Below are positions 50,499 through 64,000 of a DNA stretch of 64,000 bases, one piece after another. Numbering within the stretch: the stretch's first letter is position 1; each line of letters begins with the position of its first letter. Under the pieces are notes generated by a model. The model did not search any database, had not been told where the DNA came from, and worked only from the letters and a program-made list of their open reading frames with translations. Position numbers and translations under genes: made by a program. Source of the DNA: the human T2T-CHM13v2.0 reference genome, Homo sapiens; NCBI RefSeq assembly GCF_009914755.1, contig NC_060930.1. One strand, given 5' to 3'.

Positions 50499-52908
50499 TT
50501 AAAAGTTTCTTTCAATTCAGGAGTTTAGAAACACTGTTTATGTCCATTATGTGAATGGATATTTAGTAGTTGATTGAGGCCACTGGCAAAAAATCTAATA
50601 TCCCAGGATAAACACAGCAACCACCTTGTGATGTGTGCATTCATCTCAAAGAGTTAACCCTTTCTTTTGATTCAACAGTTTGGAAACACTGTTTTTGTAG
50701 AATCTGCAAAGGGATATTTTGGAGCATATTTAGGCCCATGGTGAAGAAGAAAGTATCTTCAAATAAAAACTAAAGAAAAGCTTTCTGAGAAACTGCTTCA
50801 TGATGTGTGATTTCATCTCAAAGAATTAATCATTTCTTTTGATTTAACAGTTTTGAAACACTGTTTTTGTCCATTCTGCAAGCGGATATTTTGGAGCTCA
50901 TTGAGGCCAACAGAGAAAAAGGAAATATCCCAGGATAAAAACTTGAAGGAAACTATCTGAGAAACCGGTTTGTGATGTGTGCATTCACCTCACAGAGTTA
51001 AACCTTTCTTTAGATTCAGCAGTTTGGAAACATCATTTTTGTCCATTCTGTGAATGGACATTTGGTAGCTGATTGAGGCCAATGGCAAAAAAGCTAATAT
51101 CCCAGGATAAACACTAGAAGGAAGGTATCTGAGAAACTGCTTTGTGATGTGTGCATTCATCTCACAGAGTTAAAAGTTTCCTTTCATTCAGCAGTTTGGA
51201 AACACTGTTTTGTAGAATCTGTTAAGGGATATTTTGGAGTGCATTCAGGCCTATGGTGAAAAAGAAAATATCTTCAAATAAAAACTACAAAGAAGCTTTC
51301 TGACAAACTGCTCTGTGATGGGTGCATTCACCTCACAGATTTAAACCTTTCTTTTGATCCAGCAGTTTGGAAACACAGTTTTGTAGAATCTGCGAAGTGA
51401 TATTTCAGAGCCCTTTGAGGCCTATGGTGAAAGAGTAAATATCTTCATATAAAAACTAAAAAGAAGCTTTCTGAGAAACTGCTTTGTCATGTGTGCATTC
51501 ATCTCACAGAGTTAAATTTTTCTTTTCATTCTGCAGTTTGGAAAAACTGTTTTTCTCCAATTCTGTGACTGGACTTTTAGGAGCTCATTGAGGCCAATGG
51601 AGAAAAAGAAAATATCACAGAATAAAAACCACAAGGAAGCTATCTGAGAAACCACTTTGTGATGTGTGCATTCACCTCACAGAGTTGAACCTTTCTTTTC
51701 ATTCATCAGTTTGGAAATGCTTTTTTTTTGTAGAATCTGCAAAGGGATATTTGGGAGCACATTGAGACCTAAGTTGAAAAAGTAAATATCCTAAGATAAA
51801 AATTAGTAAGAAGCTTTCTGAGAAACTACTCGGGGATGGGGATTCACCTCACAGAGTTAAACTTTTCTATTGATGCAGCAGTTTGGAAACACTGTTTTTG
51901 TAGAATCTGTGAAGGGATATTTGGGAACCCATTGAGGCCTATGGTAAAAAAGTGAATATCTTCAGATAAAAACTAGAAAGAAGTTTTATGAGAAACTGCT
52001 TTGTGATGCGTGCTTCCATCTCAGAGAGTTAAACGTTTATTTTGATTCAAAAGTTTGGGAACACTGCTTTTGTCCATTCTGCCAATGAACATTTGGGAGA
52101 TCATTGAGGCCAAAGGAGAAAAAGCAAATATCCCAGGATACAAACTACAAGGAAGCCATCTGAGAAACTGCTTTGTGATGTGTGCATTCATCTCCCAGAG
52201 TTAAACCTTTCCTTACACTCAGCAGTTTGGAAACCCTGTTTTTGTAGAATCTGCGAAGGGATATTTGGGAGTGCATGGAGACCTACAGTGAAAAAGAAAA
52301 TATCTTAAGATAAAAACTAGAAAGAATCTTTCTGAGAAACTGCTCAGTAATGGGTGCATTCACCTCACAGAGGTAAACCTTTCTTTTCATTCAGCAGTTT
52401 GGAAACCCCGTTTTTGTCCATTCTGCAAATGGACATTTCGTAGCTGATTGAGGCCAAAGGCAAAAAAGGGGAATATCCCCGGGTAAACACTAGAAGGAAG
52501 CTACATGAGAAACCACTTAGAGATGTGTGCATTAAACTCTCAGAGTTAAACATTTCTTTTCACTCAGCAGTATAAAAACATTGCTTTTGTAGAATCTGTG
52601 AAGGGATATTTTGGAGCACATTGGGGTCTATGGTGAAAAAGAAAATATCTTCAGATAGAAACTAGCAGGAAGCTTTCTGAGATACTGCTTTGTGATGTAT
52701 GCTTTCATCTCACAGAGTTAAACATTTCTTTTCATTCAACCTTTTTGAAAGATTGTTTTGGCCCATTCTTGGAATGGACATTTGAGAGCTCATTGAGGCC
52801 AAAGGAGAAAAAGCAAATATCCCATGATAAAAACTTCAAGAAAGATATCTGAGAAATGGCTTTTTGATGTGTGCATTCATCTCACAGAGTTAAACCTTTC
52901 TTTTGATT

Positions 52909-52940
52909 CTGCAGTTTGCAAACACTGCAGTTTGCAAACA
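52909..52940 (+). repeat. Perfect 16-bp tandem duplication (CTGCAGTTTGCAAACA)x2
   Basis: The unit is read directly at 52909-52924 and 52925-52940. Confidence 0.95.
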
Positions 52941-55900
52941 CTGTTCTTGTAGAATCCGTGTAGTGATATTTGGGAGCCCATTGAGGCCTATGGTGAAAAA
53001 GTAAATATCTTCATATAAAAACTAAAAGGAAGCTTTCTGAGAAACTGCTTTGTGATGTGTGCATTCAACTCACACACTTAAAATTTTCTTTTGATTAAGC
53101 AGTTTGGAAACACTGTTTTTGTCCATTCTGTGACTGGACTTTTGGGAGCTCATTGAGGCCAATGGAGAGAAAGTGAATATCACTGGATAAAAACTTCATG
53201 GAAGCTATCTGAGAAACTGCTTTGTGATGTGTGTATTCATCTTGCACAGTTAAACCTTTCTTTGCATTCAGCAGTTTGGAAACCCTGTTTTTGTAGAATC
53301 TGTGAAGGGATATTTCAGAGTGCATTGATTCCTAAGGTGAAAAAAAAACTTCAGATAAAAAGTAGAAGGAAGCTTTCTGACAAACTGCATTGTGATGTGT
53401 GCTTTCATCTCACAGAGTTAAACTTTTTTTTTTTATTCAGCAGTTTTGTAACACTATATTTGTCCATTCTGTGAATTGACATTTGGGAGCTCATTTAGGA
53501 CAATGGAGAAAAAGGGAATATCGCAGAATAAAAAATACAAGGAAGCTATCTGAAAAACCACTTTGTGATGTGTGCATTCATCTTACAGAGCTAAATGGAT
53601 CCTTTCATTCAGCTGTTTGGAAACACTGTTTTCATAGAATCTTTGAAGGGATATTTGGGAGCATGTTGAGAACTATGGTTAAAAAGAAAATATCGTCAGA
53701 TAAAAAGTAGAGAGAAAATTTCTGAGAAACCACTCTCTAATGTATGCATTCACCTCACAGAATTAAACCTTTAATTAATTAATCCAGCAGTTTGGAAACA
53801 CTGTTTTTGCAGAATATGTGTGGGGATATTTGGATGCCCATTGAGGCCTAGGGTGAAAAAGGGAATATCTTCATATAAAAACTAGAAAGAATCTTTCTGA
53901 GAAACTGCTTTGTGATGTGTGCATTCATCTCACAGAGTTAAACCTTTCTTTTGATCCAGCAGTTTGGAAACACTGTTTTTGTAGGATCTGTGAAGGGTTA
54001 TTTTGGAGTGTATTGAGGCCTATGGTGGAAAAGAAAATATCTTCAAATAAAAACTAGAGAGCAGCTTTCTGAGAACTGCTTTGTGATGTGTGCTTTCATC
54101 TCACAGAGTTAAACCTTTCTTTGGATTCAACACTTTGGAAACACTGTTTTTGTCCATTCTGCCAATGGGCATTTGGGAGCTCATTGAGGCCAATGGAGAA
54201 AAAGTGAATATCCCAGGATAAAAACTTCAAGGAAGGTACCTGAGAAACCACTTTGTGATGTTTGCATTCATCTCACAGAGTCAAACACATTTCCTTGCAA
54301 TCAGCAGTTTTGAAACACTGTTTTTGTACAATCTTGGAAGTGATATTTGGGAGTGCATGGAGATCTATGGTGAAAAAGAAAATATCTTAAGATAAAAACT
54401 AGAAATAAGCTTTCTGAGAAACCATTCTGTGATGAGTGTATTCATCTCACAGAGGTAAACATTTCTTTTGATTCAGCAGTTTTGAAACACTGTTTTTGCC
54501 TATTCTGTGAATGGACATTTTGTAGCTGATTGAGGCCAATGACAAAAAAACAAATGTCCCAGGGTAACAACTAGAAGGAAGCTACATGAGAAACTGCTTT
54601 GAGATGTGTGTATTTATCTCACAGCGTTAGATGTTTCTTTTCATTCAGTGATTTGGAAACACAGTTTTTGTAGAATCTGCAAAGGGATATTTTGGAGCAC
54701 TTTGGGGCCCATGGTGAAAAAGAAACCATCTTTAGACAAAAACTAGAAAGAGTATTCCTGAGAAACTGCTTTGTGATGTGTGCTTTCATCTCAGAGTTAA
54801 ATATTTCTTTTCATTCAGCAGTTTGGAAAGACTGCCTTGTCCATTCTGCCAATGGACATTTTGGAGCTCATTGAGGCCAATGGAGAAAAAGCGAATATCC
54901 CAGGATAAAAACATCAAGTAAGCTATCTGAGAAACCACTTTGTGATGTGTGCATTCATCTCACAGAATGAAACCTTTCTTTAAGTTCAGCAGTTTGGAAA
55001 CTCTGTTTTTGTTTAATCTGTTTAGGGGTATTTTGGAGTGCATTGAGGCCTATGGTTAAAAAGAAAATATCTTCAGATAAAAACTAGAAAGAAGCTTTCT
55101 GAGAAACTGATTTGTGATGTGTGCTTTCATCTCACAGAGTTAAACATTTCTTTTCATTCTGTGCTTTGAAAGTCTGTTTTTGTCCATTCTGTGAATGGAC
55201 ATTAGGGCGCTCATTGAGGCCAAAGGAGAGAAAGTGAATATCACTGGTTAAAAACTTCAAGGAAGCTATATGAAAAACTGCTTTGTGATGTGTGCATTCA
55301 TCTTGCAGAGTTAAACCATTGCATTCATTCAGCAGTTTGGAAACACTGTTTTTTTAGAATCTGTGAAGGGATATTTGGGAGCACATTGAGACCTATGGTG
55401 AAAAAAATCTGAAGATAAAAAGTAGAAAGAAGCTTTCTGAGAAACTGCTCTGTGATGGGTGCATTCACCTCACATATTCATAGCTTTCTTTGGTCCAGCA
55501 GTTTGGAAACACTGTTTTTGTAGGATCTGCAAAGGGATATTTTGGAGCACATTGGGGCATATGGTGAAAAAGAAAATATCTTCAAATAAAACCTAGACAG
55601 AAAGTTTCTGAGAAACTGCTTTGTGGTATGTGCTTTCATCTCACAGAGTTATACATTTCTTTTGTTTCAACAGTTTGGAAACACTGCTTTTGTCCATTCT
55701 ACTAATGGAAATTTGGGACATCTTTGAGGCCAGTGTGGAAAAAGCAAATATCCCAAGATGAAGACTTCAAGGAAGCTATCTGAGATACCACTTTGTGATG
55801 TGTGCATTCATCTCCCAGAGTTAAACCTCTACTTACATTCAGCAGTTTGGAAACACTTTTTTTGTAGAATCTGTGAAGGGATATTGGGGAGTGCATGGAG

Positions 55901-58900
55901 ACCTATGGTGAAAAAGAAAATATGTTAAGATAAAAAACTAGAAAGAAGCTTTCTGAAAAACTGCTCTGTGATAGGTGCATTCACCTCACAGAGTTAAACC
56001 TTTCTTTTGATTCAGCAATTTGGAAACACTCTTTTTGTCCATTCTGCGAATGGACATTTTGTACGTGATTGAGGCCAAAGGCAAAAAAGGGAATATCCCA
56101 GGGTAAAAACTCGAAGGAAGCTACATGAGAAAACGCTTTGAGATGTGTGCATTCATCTATCAGAGTTAAACAATTCTTTTCATTCAGACGTTTGGAAGCA
56201 CTGCTTTTGTAGGATCTGGGAAGGGATATTTCAGAGTGAATTGGAGCCTATGATGATAAAAGAATTATCTTCAAACAAAAACTAGACAGAAGAACTGTGA
56301 GAAACTGCTTTGTGCTATGGACTATCATCTCACAGAGTTAAACCTTTCTTTTAAATCAACAGTTTTGAAACAGTGTTTTTGACCATTCTGTGAAAGGACA
56401 TTTGGGAGCTTATTGAGGGCAGTGGAAAAAAAGCAAATATCCCAGGTTAAAAACTACAAGGAAACTATCTGAGAAACTGCTTTGTGATGTGTGCATTCAT
56501 CTCACAGAGTTAAACCATTCTTTTCATTCAGCAGTTTGAAAACACTGTTTTTGTAGTATCTACAAAGGGATATTTGGGAGCCCATTGGGGCCTATGGTGA
56601 AAATGTAAATATCTTCATATAAAAACTACAAAGAATCTTTCTGGGAAACTCCTTTGTGATGTGTGCATCCATCTCAGAGAGTTAAACTTTTCTTTTGATT
56701 CAGCAGTTTGGAAACACTGTTTTTGTCCATTCTGTGAATGGACATTTGGGAGCTCATTGAGGCCAATGGTGAGAAATTGAATATCCCAGGAGAAACACTA
56801 GAAGGAAGCTACCTGAGAAAATGCTTTGTGATGTGTGCATTCCTCTCACAGAGTTAATCCTTTCTTCTCATTCAGAAGTTTGGAAACACTGTTTTTTTAA
56901 GAATCTGATAAGGGATATTTCAGAGTGCATTGACGCCTATGGTGAAAAAGAAAATATCTTCAGATAAAAACTAGAAAGAAGCTTTCTGGCAAACTGTTTT
57001 GTCATGTGTGCATTCATCTCACAGAGCTAAACCTTTCTTTTGATTCAATCACTTGGAAACACTGTTTTTGTCCCTTCTGTGCATGGGCATTTGGGAGCTC
57101 ATTGAGGCCAATGGAGAAAAAGTGAATATCCCAGGATAAACACTATAAGGAAGCTATTTGAGAAACCACTTTGTGATGTGTGCATTCATCTCACACAGTT
57201 AAACATTTCTATTCATTCAGCAGTTTTGAAACACTGTTTTTGTAGCATCTCCAAAGTGTATTTGGGGGCAGACTGAGACCTATGGTGAAAAAGAAAATAT
57301 CTTAAGTAAAAAGTAGAAAGAAGCTTTCTGAGAAACTACTTTGTGATATGTGCATTCGTCTCACAGAGTTTAACTTTTCTTTTGATCCAGGAGTTTGGAA
57401 ACACTGTTTTTGTAGAATCTGTGAAGGGATATTTCAGAGTGCATTCAGTCCTAAGGTGAAAGAGGAAATATCTTCAAATGATAACCAGACAGAAGCTTTC
57501 TGAGAATCTGCTTTGTCATGTATGCATTCATCTCACAGAGTTAAACCTTTGTTTTGATCCAGTAGTTTGAGACCACTCTTTTTCTAGAACCTGCCAAGGG
57601 ATATTTCAGAGTGTATTGAGGCCTATGGTGAAAAAGAAAATATCTTCAAATAAAAAATAGAAACTTTCAGAGAAACTGCTTTGTGATGGTGGCTTTCATC
57701 ACACAGAGTTAAAACTTTCTTTTGATTCAGCAGTTTGAGAACACTCTTTTTGTCCATTCTGCAAATGGACATTTGGGAGATCATTGAGGCTAATGACAAA
57801 AAATAGAATATCCGAGGGTAAACACTAGAAGGAAGCTATCTGAGAAACAACTCTGTGATGTGTGCATTCATCTCACAGAGTTAAACCTTTCTTTTCATTC
57901 AGCAGTTTGGAAATACTGTTTTTGTAGAATCTGCGAAGGAATATTTCATAGCACATTGAGGCCTATGGTGAAAAGGAAAATGTCTTAAGGTAAAAAGTAG
58001 AAAGAAACTTTCTGAGAAACTGCTCTGTGATGGGTGCATTCACCTCACAGAGTTAAACTTTTTTTGTAGAATCCGTGAAGGGATATTTTGGAGTGCTTTG
58101 AAGCATATGATGAAAAAGAAAATATCTTCTGACAAAAACTAGAAAGAAGCTTTCTGAGAAACTGCTTTGTTATTTGTGTTTTCATCTCACAGAGTTAAAA
58201 CTTTCTTTGGATTGTGCAGTTTGGCAATACTGTTTTTGTCCATTCTGTGAATGGAAATTTGGGAGCTCATTGAGGCCAAAGGAGGAAAAGTAAATATCCT
58301 AGGATTAAAAACTCCAAAGAAGCTATCTGAGAAACTGCTTTGTGATGTGTGAATTCATCTCTCATAGTTAATCCTTTCTTCTCATTCAGCAGTTTGGAAA
58401 CACCACTATTTTTGTAGAATCTGTTAAGGTTTATTTTGGAGTGCTTTGAGATCTATGATGAAAAAGAAAATATCTTAAGACAAAAAGTAGAAAGACGCTT
58501 TCTGAGAAACTGCTCTGTGATGTTTGCTTTCATCTCACAGAGTTAAACCTTTCTCTTGATTCAGCAGTTTGGAAATACTGTTTTTGTCCATCCTGCAAAT
58601 GGACATTTGGCAGCTCATTGAGCCAATGGCAAAAAATCGAATATCCCAGGATAAATACTAGAAGGAAGCTATGTGAGAAATTGCTTTGTGATGTGTGCAT
58701 TCATCTCACAGAGTTAATCCTTTCTTCTCACTCGGAAGTTTGGAAACACTGTTTTTGTAGAAACTTTGAAGGGATATTTGGAAGTACATTGAGGCCTAAG
58801 GTGAAAAGGAAAATAGCTTCAGATAAAAAGCAGGAAAAAGCTTTCTGAGAAGCTGCTTTGTGATGTATGCATTCATGTCACAGAGATGAAACTTTCTTTT

Positions 58901-61900
58901 GATTCAGCAGTTTCAAAACATTCTTTTTGTCTTTTCTGTGGATGGTCACTTGGGAGCTCATTGAGGCCAATGGTGAAAAAGTGAATATCCCAGGATAAAA
59001 ACTACAAAGAAACTGTTTGAGAAAATGCTTTTTGGTGTATGCATTCATCTGGCTGACTAAAACCTCTATTTCATTCAGCAATTTGGAAGCATTTTTTTTT
59101 GTATAATCTGTGAAGGGATAGTTAGGAGCACATGGAGGCCTATGGTGAAAGATAAAATATCTTCAGCTGAAAATAAGAAAGAAGGTTTCTGAGACACTGA
59201 TTTGTGATGTGTGCATTCACCTCACAGAGTTAAACCTTCCTTTTGATTCAGAGGTTGGAGACACTGTATTTGTCCATTCTGCAAATGGAAATTTGGGAGC
59301 TCTTGAGGCCAATGGTGAAAAGGTGAATATCCCAGGAAAAAAAAACCTGAAGGAAATTATCTGAGAAACAGGTTTTGATATGTGCATTCATCTCACAGAA
59401 TTAAATGTTTCTTTTCACTCAGCAGTTTGGAAACACCGTTTTTGTAGAAACTGCAAAGGGATATTTGGGAGCTCATTGAGGTCGATGGTGAAAAAGAAAT
59501 TATCTTCAAATTAAAAGTAGAAAGAAGCTTTCTTTGAAACTGCTTTGTGTTGTGTGCCTTCATCTCACAGAGTAAACCTTTCTTTTAATTCAGCAGTTTG
59601 GAAACACTGTTTTTGTTCTTTCTGAAAATGGACATTTGGGAGCTCATTGAGGCCAATGGTGAAAAAGCGAATATCCCAGGGTGAAACCAGAAGGAAACTA
59701 TCTCAGAAACCACTTTGTATTGAGTGCATTCATCTCACAGAGTGAAACGTTTCTTTTCATTCAGCAATTTGGAACCTGTTTTTGTAGAATCTTAGAAGGG
59801 ATGTTTGGGAGTGCATTGAGGCCTATGGTGAAAAAGAAAATAACTTCAGGTAAAACTAGAATGAAGCTTTCTGAGAAACTGCTTTGTGATGTGGGCATTC
59901 ATCTCACAGAGTTAAAGCTTTCTTTGATTCAGCAGTTTGGAAATACTGGTTTAGTCCTTTCTGAGAATGGACATTCGTGAGCTCACTGAAGCAAATGGCA
60001 AAAAAGTGAGTATCCCAGGACAAAAACTAGAAGGGAGCTATCTGAGAAACAACTTTTTGATGTGTGCATTTATCTCCCAGAGTTAAACCTTTCTTTACAT
60101 TCAATAGTTTTGAAAAACTGTTTTTGTGGAATCTGAGAAGGAATATTTGGGAGTGCTTTGAGGCCCATGGTGAAAAAGAAAATATCTTCAGATAAAAACT
60201 AGAAAGAAGCTTTCTGTGAAACTTCTCTGTGATGTGTGCATTCATCTCACAGAGTTAAACCTTCTTTTTGATTCAGCAGTTTAGAAACACTGTTTATGTG
60301 CATTCTGCAAATGGAAATTTGGGAGCTCATTCAGGCCAATGGCAAAAAGGTAAATAACCCAGGATAAAAACTTGAAGGAAGCTATTTGAGGATCTGCTTT
60401 GTGATGTGGGCATTCATCTCACAGACTTTCTTAACTTTCTTTTAATTCAGCTGTTTGGAAACACTGTTTTTGTAGTATGTGTGAACAGATATTTGGGAGA
60501 GCTTTGAGGTCTATGGTGAATAAGAAAATAACTTCAGATAAAAAGTATAAGGAAGCTTTCTGAGAAACTGCTTTGTGATGTGTGCATTCATTTCAGAAAG
60601 GGAAAACTTTCTTTTGAGTCAGCAGTTGGGAAACACTATTTTTGTCAATTCTGCAACTGGACATTTGGGAGCTCATTGAGGCCAATGGTGAAAACATGAA
60701 TACCCCATGATAAAAACTAAATGGAAGCTATCTGAGAAACCATTTTGTGAGGTGTGCATTTATCTCAAAGAGTTAAACCTTTTTTTTTTCATTCAGTAGT
60801 TTGGAAACACTGAGTTTGTAGGATCGGTGAGGGACATTTAGGAGTATTTTGTGGCCTGTGGTGAAAAAGAAAATATCTTCAGATAAAAAACAGAAAGAAG
60901 CTTTCCGAGAAACTGCTTTGTGATGTGTGCATTCATCTCACAGAGTTAAACCTTCATTTTGATTCAGCAGTTTGGAAATACTGTGTTTTTCCATTTTGTG
61001 AATGAAAATTTGGGAGCTCATTGAAGAAAATGGTGATAACATTAATATCCCAGGATAAAGACTGGAAGAAAGCTATCTGAGAAACTGCTTTGTGATATGT
61101 GCATTCATCTCACAGAGTTAAACCTGTCTTTTCATTCAGCAGTTTGGAAACACTGTTTTTGTAGAAACTGGAAAGGTGTATTTGGGAGTTCATTGAGGTT
61201 TATGGTGAAAAAGAAATTATCTTCTCATAAAAAGTAGAAAGAAGCTTTCTCGGAAACTGCTTTGTGATGTGTGCATTCATCTCACAGAGATAAACCTTTC
61301 TTTTCATTCAGCAGTTTGGAAACACTTGTTTTGTTCTTTCTGCAAATGGACATTTTGGAGATTATTGAGTCCAATGGTGAGAAAACAAATATCCCAGGAT
61401 AAAAAGCAGAAGGAAGGTGTCTGAGAAACTGCTTTGTGATGTGTGCATTCATCTCGCATAGTTAAATCTTTCTTTTCTTTCAGCAGTTTGGAAACACTGT
61501 TTTTGTAGAATTTGTGAAGGGATATTAGGGAGTGTCTTGAGGTCCATGGTGAACAAGAAAATAACCTCTGATAAAAGGTAGAAGGAAGCTTTCAGAGAAA
61601 CTGATTTATGAGGTGTCAATTCATCTCCCAGAGTTAAACCTTTCTTTTGATTCAGCATTTTGGAAACCCGTTTTTGTCCATTCTGTGAATGGACATTTGG
61701 GAACTCTTTGAGGCCAAAGGCGTAAAAGGGAATATCTCAGGATAAAAACTAGAAGGAAGCTATGGGAGAAACTGCTTTGTGATGTGTGCATTCATCTCAC
61801 AGAGTTATACATTCCTTTTCATTGAGCAGTTTGGAAACTCTTTTTGTAGAATCTTTGAAGGGATTTTTGGGAGTGCATTGAGGTCTAGCAAAGAAAATAT

Positions 61901-62961
61901 CTAAGAAAATATCATTTGATAAAGAATAAAAAGAAGCTTCCTGAGGAACTGCATTGTGATGTGTGTATTCATCTCACAGAGTTAAACCTTTCTTTTGTTT
62001 CAGTAGTTTGGAAACACTATTTTTATCCTTTTGGTTAATGGACATTTTGGAGTTCATTGAGGGCAATGGAGGAAATGTAAATATCCCAGGATAAAAACTA
62101 GAAGGAAGATAACTGAGAAACTGCTTTTTGATGTGTGCATTCATCTCACAGACTTAAACCTTTGTTTTCATTCAGCTACTCGGAGTCACTGTTTTTGTAG
62201 GATCTGCAATGGGATACTTGGGAGTTCATGGAGGCCTATGTTAAAAAAAGAAAATATCTTCATATAAAAAGTAGAAAGAAGCCCTCTGAGAAACTGCATT
62301 GTGATGTGTGCATTCATGTCTCACTGTTAAATCTTTCTTTTGATTCAGCAGTTTGGAAACACTGTTTTTGTCCTTTCTGTGGATGGTCATTTGGAAGCTC
62401 ATTGAGGCCAGTGGCAAAAAAGTGATTATCTTAAGATAAAAACTAGAAGAAGGATATCTTAGAAAATGCTGTGTGATGTGTGCATTCATCTCACATGGTT
62501 GAACCTTTCTTTTCACTAAGCAGGTTGGAACACTTTTTTTGTAGAATCTGCAAACGGACATTTGAAAGCGCATTGAGTCCTATGGGGAAAAAGGAAATAT
62601 CTTCAGATAAAAACTAGAAAGAAGCTTTCCGAGAAACTGCTTTGTTCTGTTTGCTTTCATCTCCCAAAATTAAACCTTTGTTTTGGTTCAGCAGTTTGGA
62701 AACACTGTTTTTGTCTATTCTGTGAATGGACATTTTGGAGCTAATTGAGAGCTAAGGTGAAAAAGCAAATATCCCAGGATAAAAACTAGAAGGAAGCTCT
62801 CTGAGAAATGGCTACGTGATGTGCTCACCCATCTCACAGAGTTAAAACTTTCTTTTCATTCAGTAGTTTGGAAACACTGTTTTTGTAGAATCTGTGAAAG
62901 GATATTTTGGAGCACATTGAGGCCCATGCTGAAAAAGAAAATATCTTGAGATGAAAACCAG

Positions 62962-63605
62962 AAGAAAAAAACAAACAATCCCATCAAAAAGTGGGCGAAG
63001 AATATGAACAGACACTTCTCAAAAGAAGACATTTATGCAGCCAAAAAACACATGAAAAATGCTCATCATCACTGGCCATCAGAGAAATGCAAATCAAAAC
63101 CACAATGAGATATCATCTCACACCAGTTAGAATGGTGATCATTAAAAAGTCAGGAAACAACCAGTGCTGGAGAGGATGTGGAGAAATAGGAACACTTTTA
63201 CACTGTTGGTGGGACTGTAAACTAGTTCAACCATTGTGGAAGTCAGTGTGGTGATTCCTCAGGGATCTAGAACTAGAAATACCATTTGACCCAGCCATCC
63301 CATTACTGGGTATATACCCAAAGGATTATAAATCATGTTGCTATAAAGACACATACACACGTATGCTTATAGTGGCACTATTCACAATAGCAAGGACCTG
63401 GAACCGACCTAAATATCCAACAATGAGAGACTGGATTAAGAAAATGTGACACATATACACCATGGAATACTATGCAGCCATAAAAAATGATGAGTTCATG
63501 TCCTTTGTAGAGACATGGATGAATCTGGAAACCATAATTCTCAGCAAACTATCACAGGGACAAAAAACCAAACACCACATGTTCTCACTCATAGGTGAGA
63601 ACTGA
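62962..63605 (+). pseudogene. Decayed C-terminal fragment of L1 ORF2p (Cys-rich CCHC domain)
   Basis: It translates to [54 protein letters not shown] (CX3CX7HX4C). There is a 1-bp loss in the A-run near 63055-63059, premature TGA codons at 63252-63254 and 63447-63449, and the natural stop at 63603-63605. Confidence 0.93.
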
Positions 63606-63660
63606 ACAATGAGAACACATGGACACAGAAAGGGGAACATCACACACTGGGGACTGTTGT

Positions 63661-63681
63661 GGGGTTGGGGGAGGGGGAGGG
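63661..63681 (+). other. L1 3'UTR G-rich tract, G-quadruplex-capable
   Basis: GGGGTTGGGGGAGGGGGAGGG has four G-runs of at least 3 with 1-2 nt loops, a known L1PA 3'UTR feature. Confidence 0.8.
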
Positions 63682-64000
63682 ATAGCATTAGGAGATATAC
63701 CTAATGCTAAATGATGACTTAATGGGTGCAGCACACCAACATGGCACATGTATACATATGTAACAAAACTGCACGTTGTGCACATGTACCCTAAAACTTA
63801 AAGTATAATAATAATAAAATTAAAAAAAGAACCTTTCTGAGAAACTGCTTTGTGATGTGCACATTTATCTCCAGAGTTAAACTTTTCTTTTGATTCACGG
63901 GTAAGGAAACACTGTTTTTGTAGAATCTGCTAAGGGATATTTGGAAGCCCATTGAGGCATATGGTGAAGAAGTAAATATCTTCATAGAAAAACTAGAAAG

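Larger units (their letters stand above)
62962..63828 (+). mobile_element. 5'-truncated LINE-1 (~870 bp), L1PA3-like: end of ORF2, 3'UTR and short A-tail
   Basis: It begins AAGAAAAAAACAAACAATCCCATCAAAAAGTGGGCGAAG. The 3'UTR reads GCATTAGGAGATATACCTAATGCTAAATG..CACACCAACATGG..CCCTAAAACTTAAAGTATAATAATAATAAAATT followed by A7. The L1HS diagnostics are absent. The subfamily (PA3 vs PA2/PA4) is less certain than the L1PA call. Confidence 0.95.

Noticed and set aside
62991-63254. 87-aa ORF with a CCHC motif as a functional zinc-knuckle protein
   Set aside because: It is a frameshifted, prematurely stopped L1 ORF2 remnant with no promoter or true start.
63470-63985. Three minus-strand ORFs over the L1 3' end
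   Set aside because: They are antisense readings of L1 ORF2/3'UTR and satellite.

Overview
The window is primate (most likely human or other great-ape) pericentromeric alpha-satellite DNA. It consists of about 365-370 head-to-tail ~171-bp monomers, all in the conventional orientation on the + strand, with no inversion seen. It is interrupted only by a full-length AluY-like SINE (50142-50432) and a 5'-truncated L1PA3-like LINE (62962-63828). No real protein-coding gene is present: the ORF track is translated satellite, antisense Alu or decayed L1 ORF2. Diagnostic bases change stepwise from left to right and define about six layers. These are a divergent SF1-related (SF01-like) A/B array with CENP-B boxes (1-~18550), an SF5-like layer (~18550-24900), three CENP-B-less monomeric layers (~24900-30200, ~30200-37850, ~37850-43050) and an ancient dimeric layer (~43050-64000). 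This order matches the layered-expansion model of dead centromeres, so the live centromere should lie to the left. Family names are my recognition and need HMM confirmation, and the chromosome cannot be assigned from the sequence alone. I found no novel gene system. The most interesting signals are structural: a dyad/hairpin-packed monomer specific to the oldest layer, a modular 3/4/5-mer grammar in the youngest layer, relic 5-mer and 6-mer HOR-like units in 'monomeric' DNA, out-of-layer transplanted blocks, and an atypical L1 junction that breaks the dimer phase.
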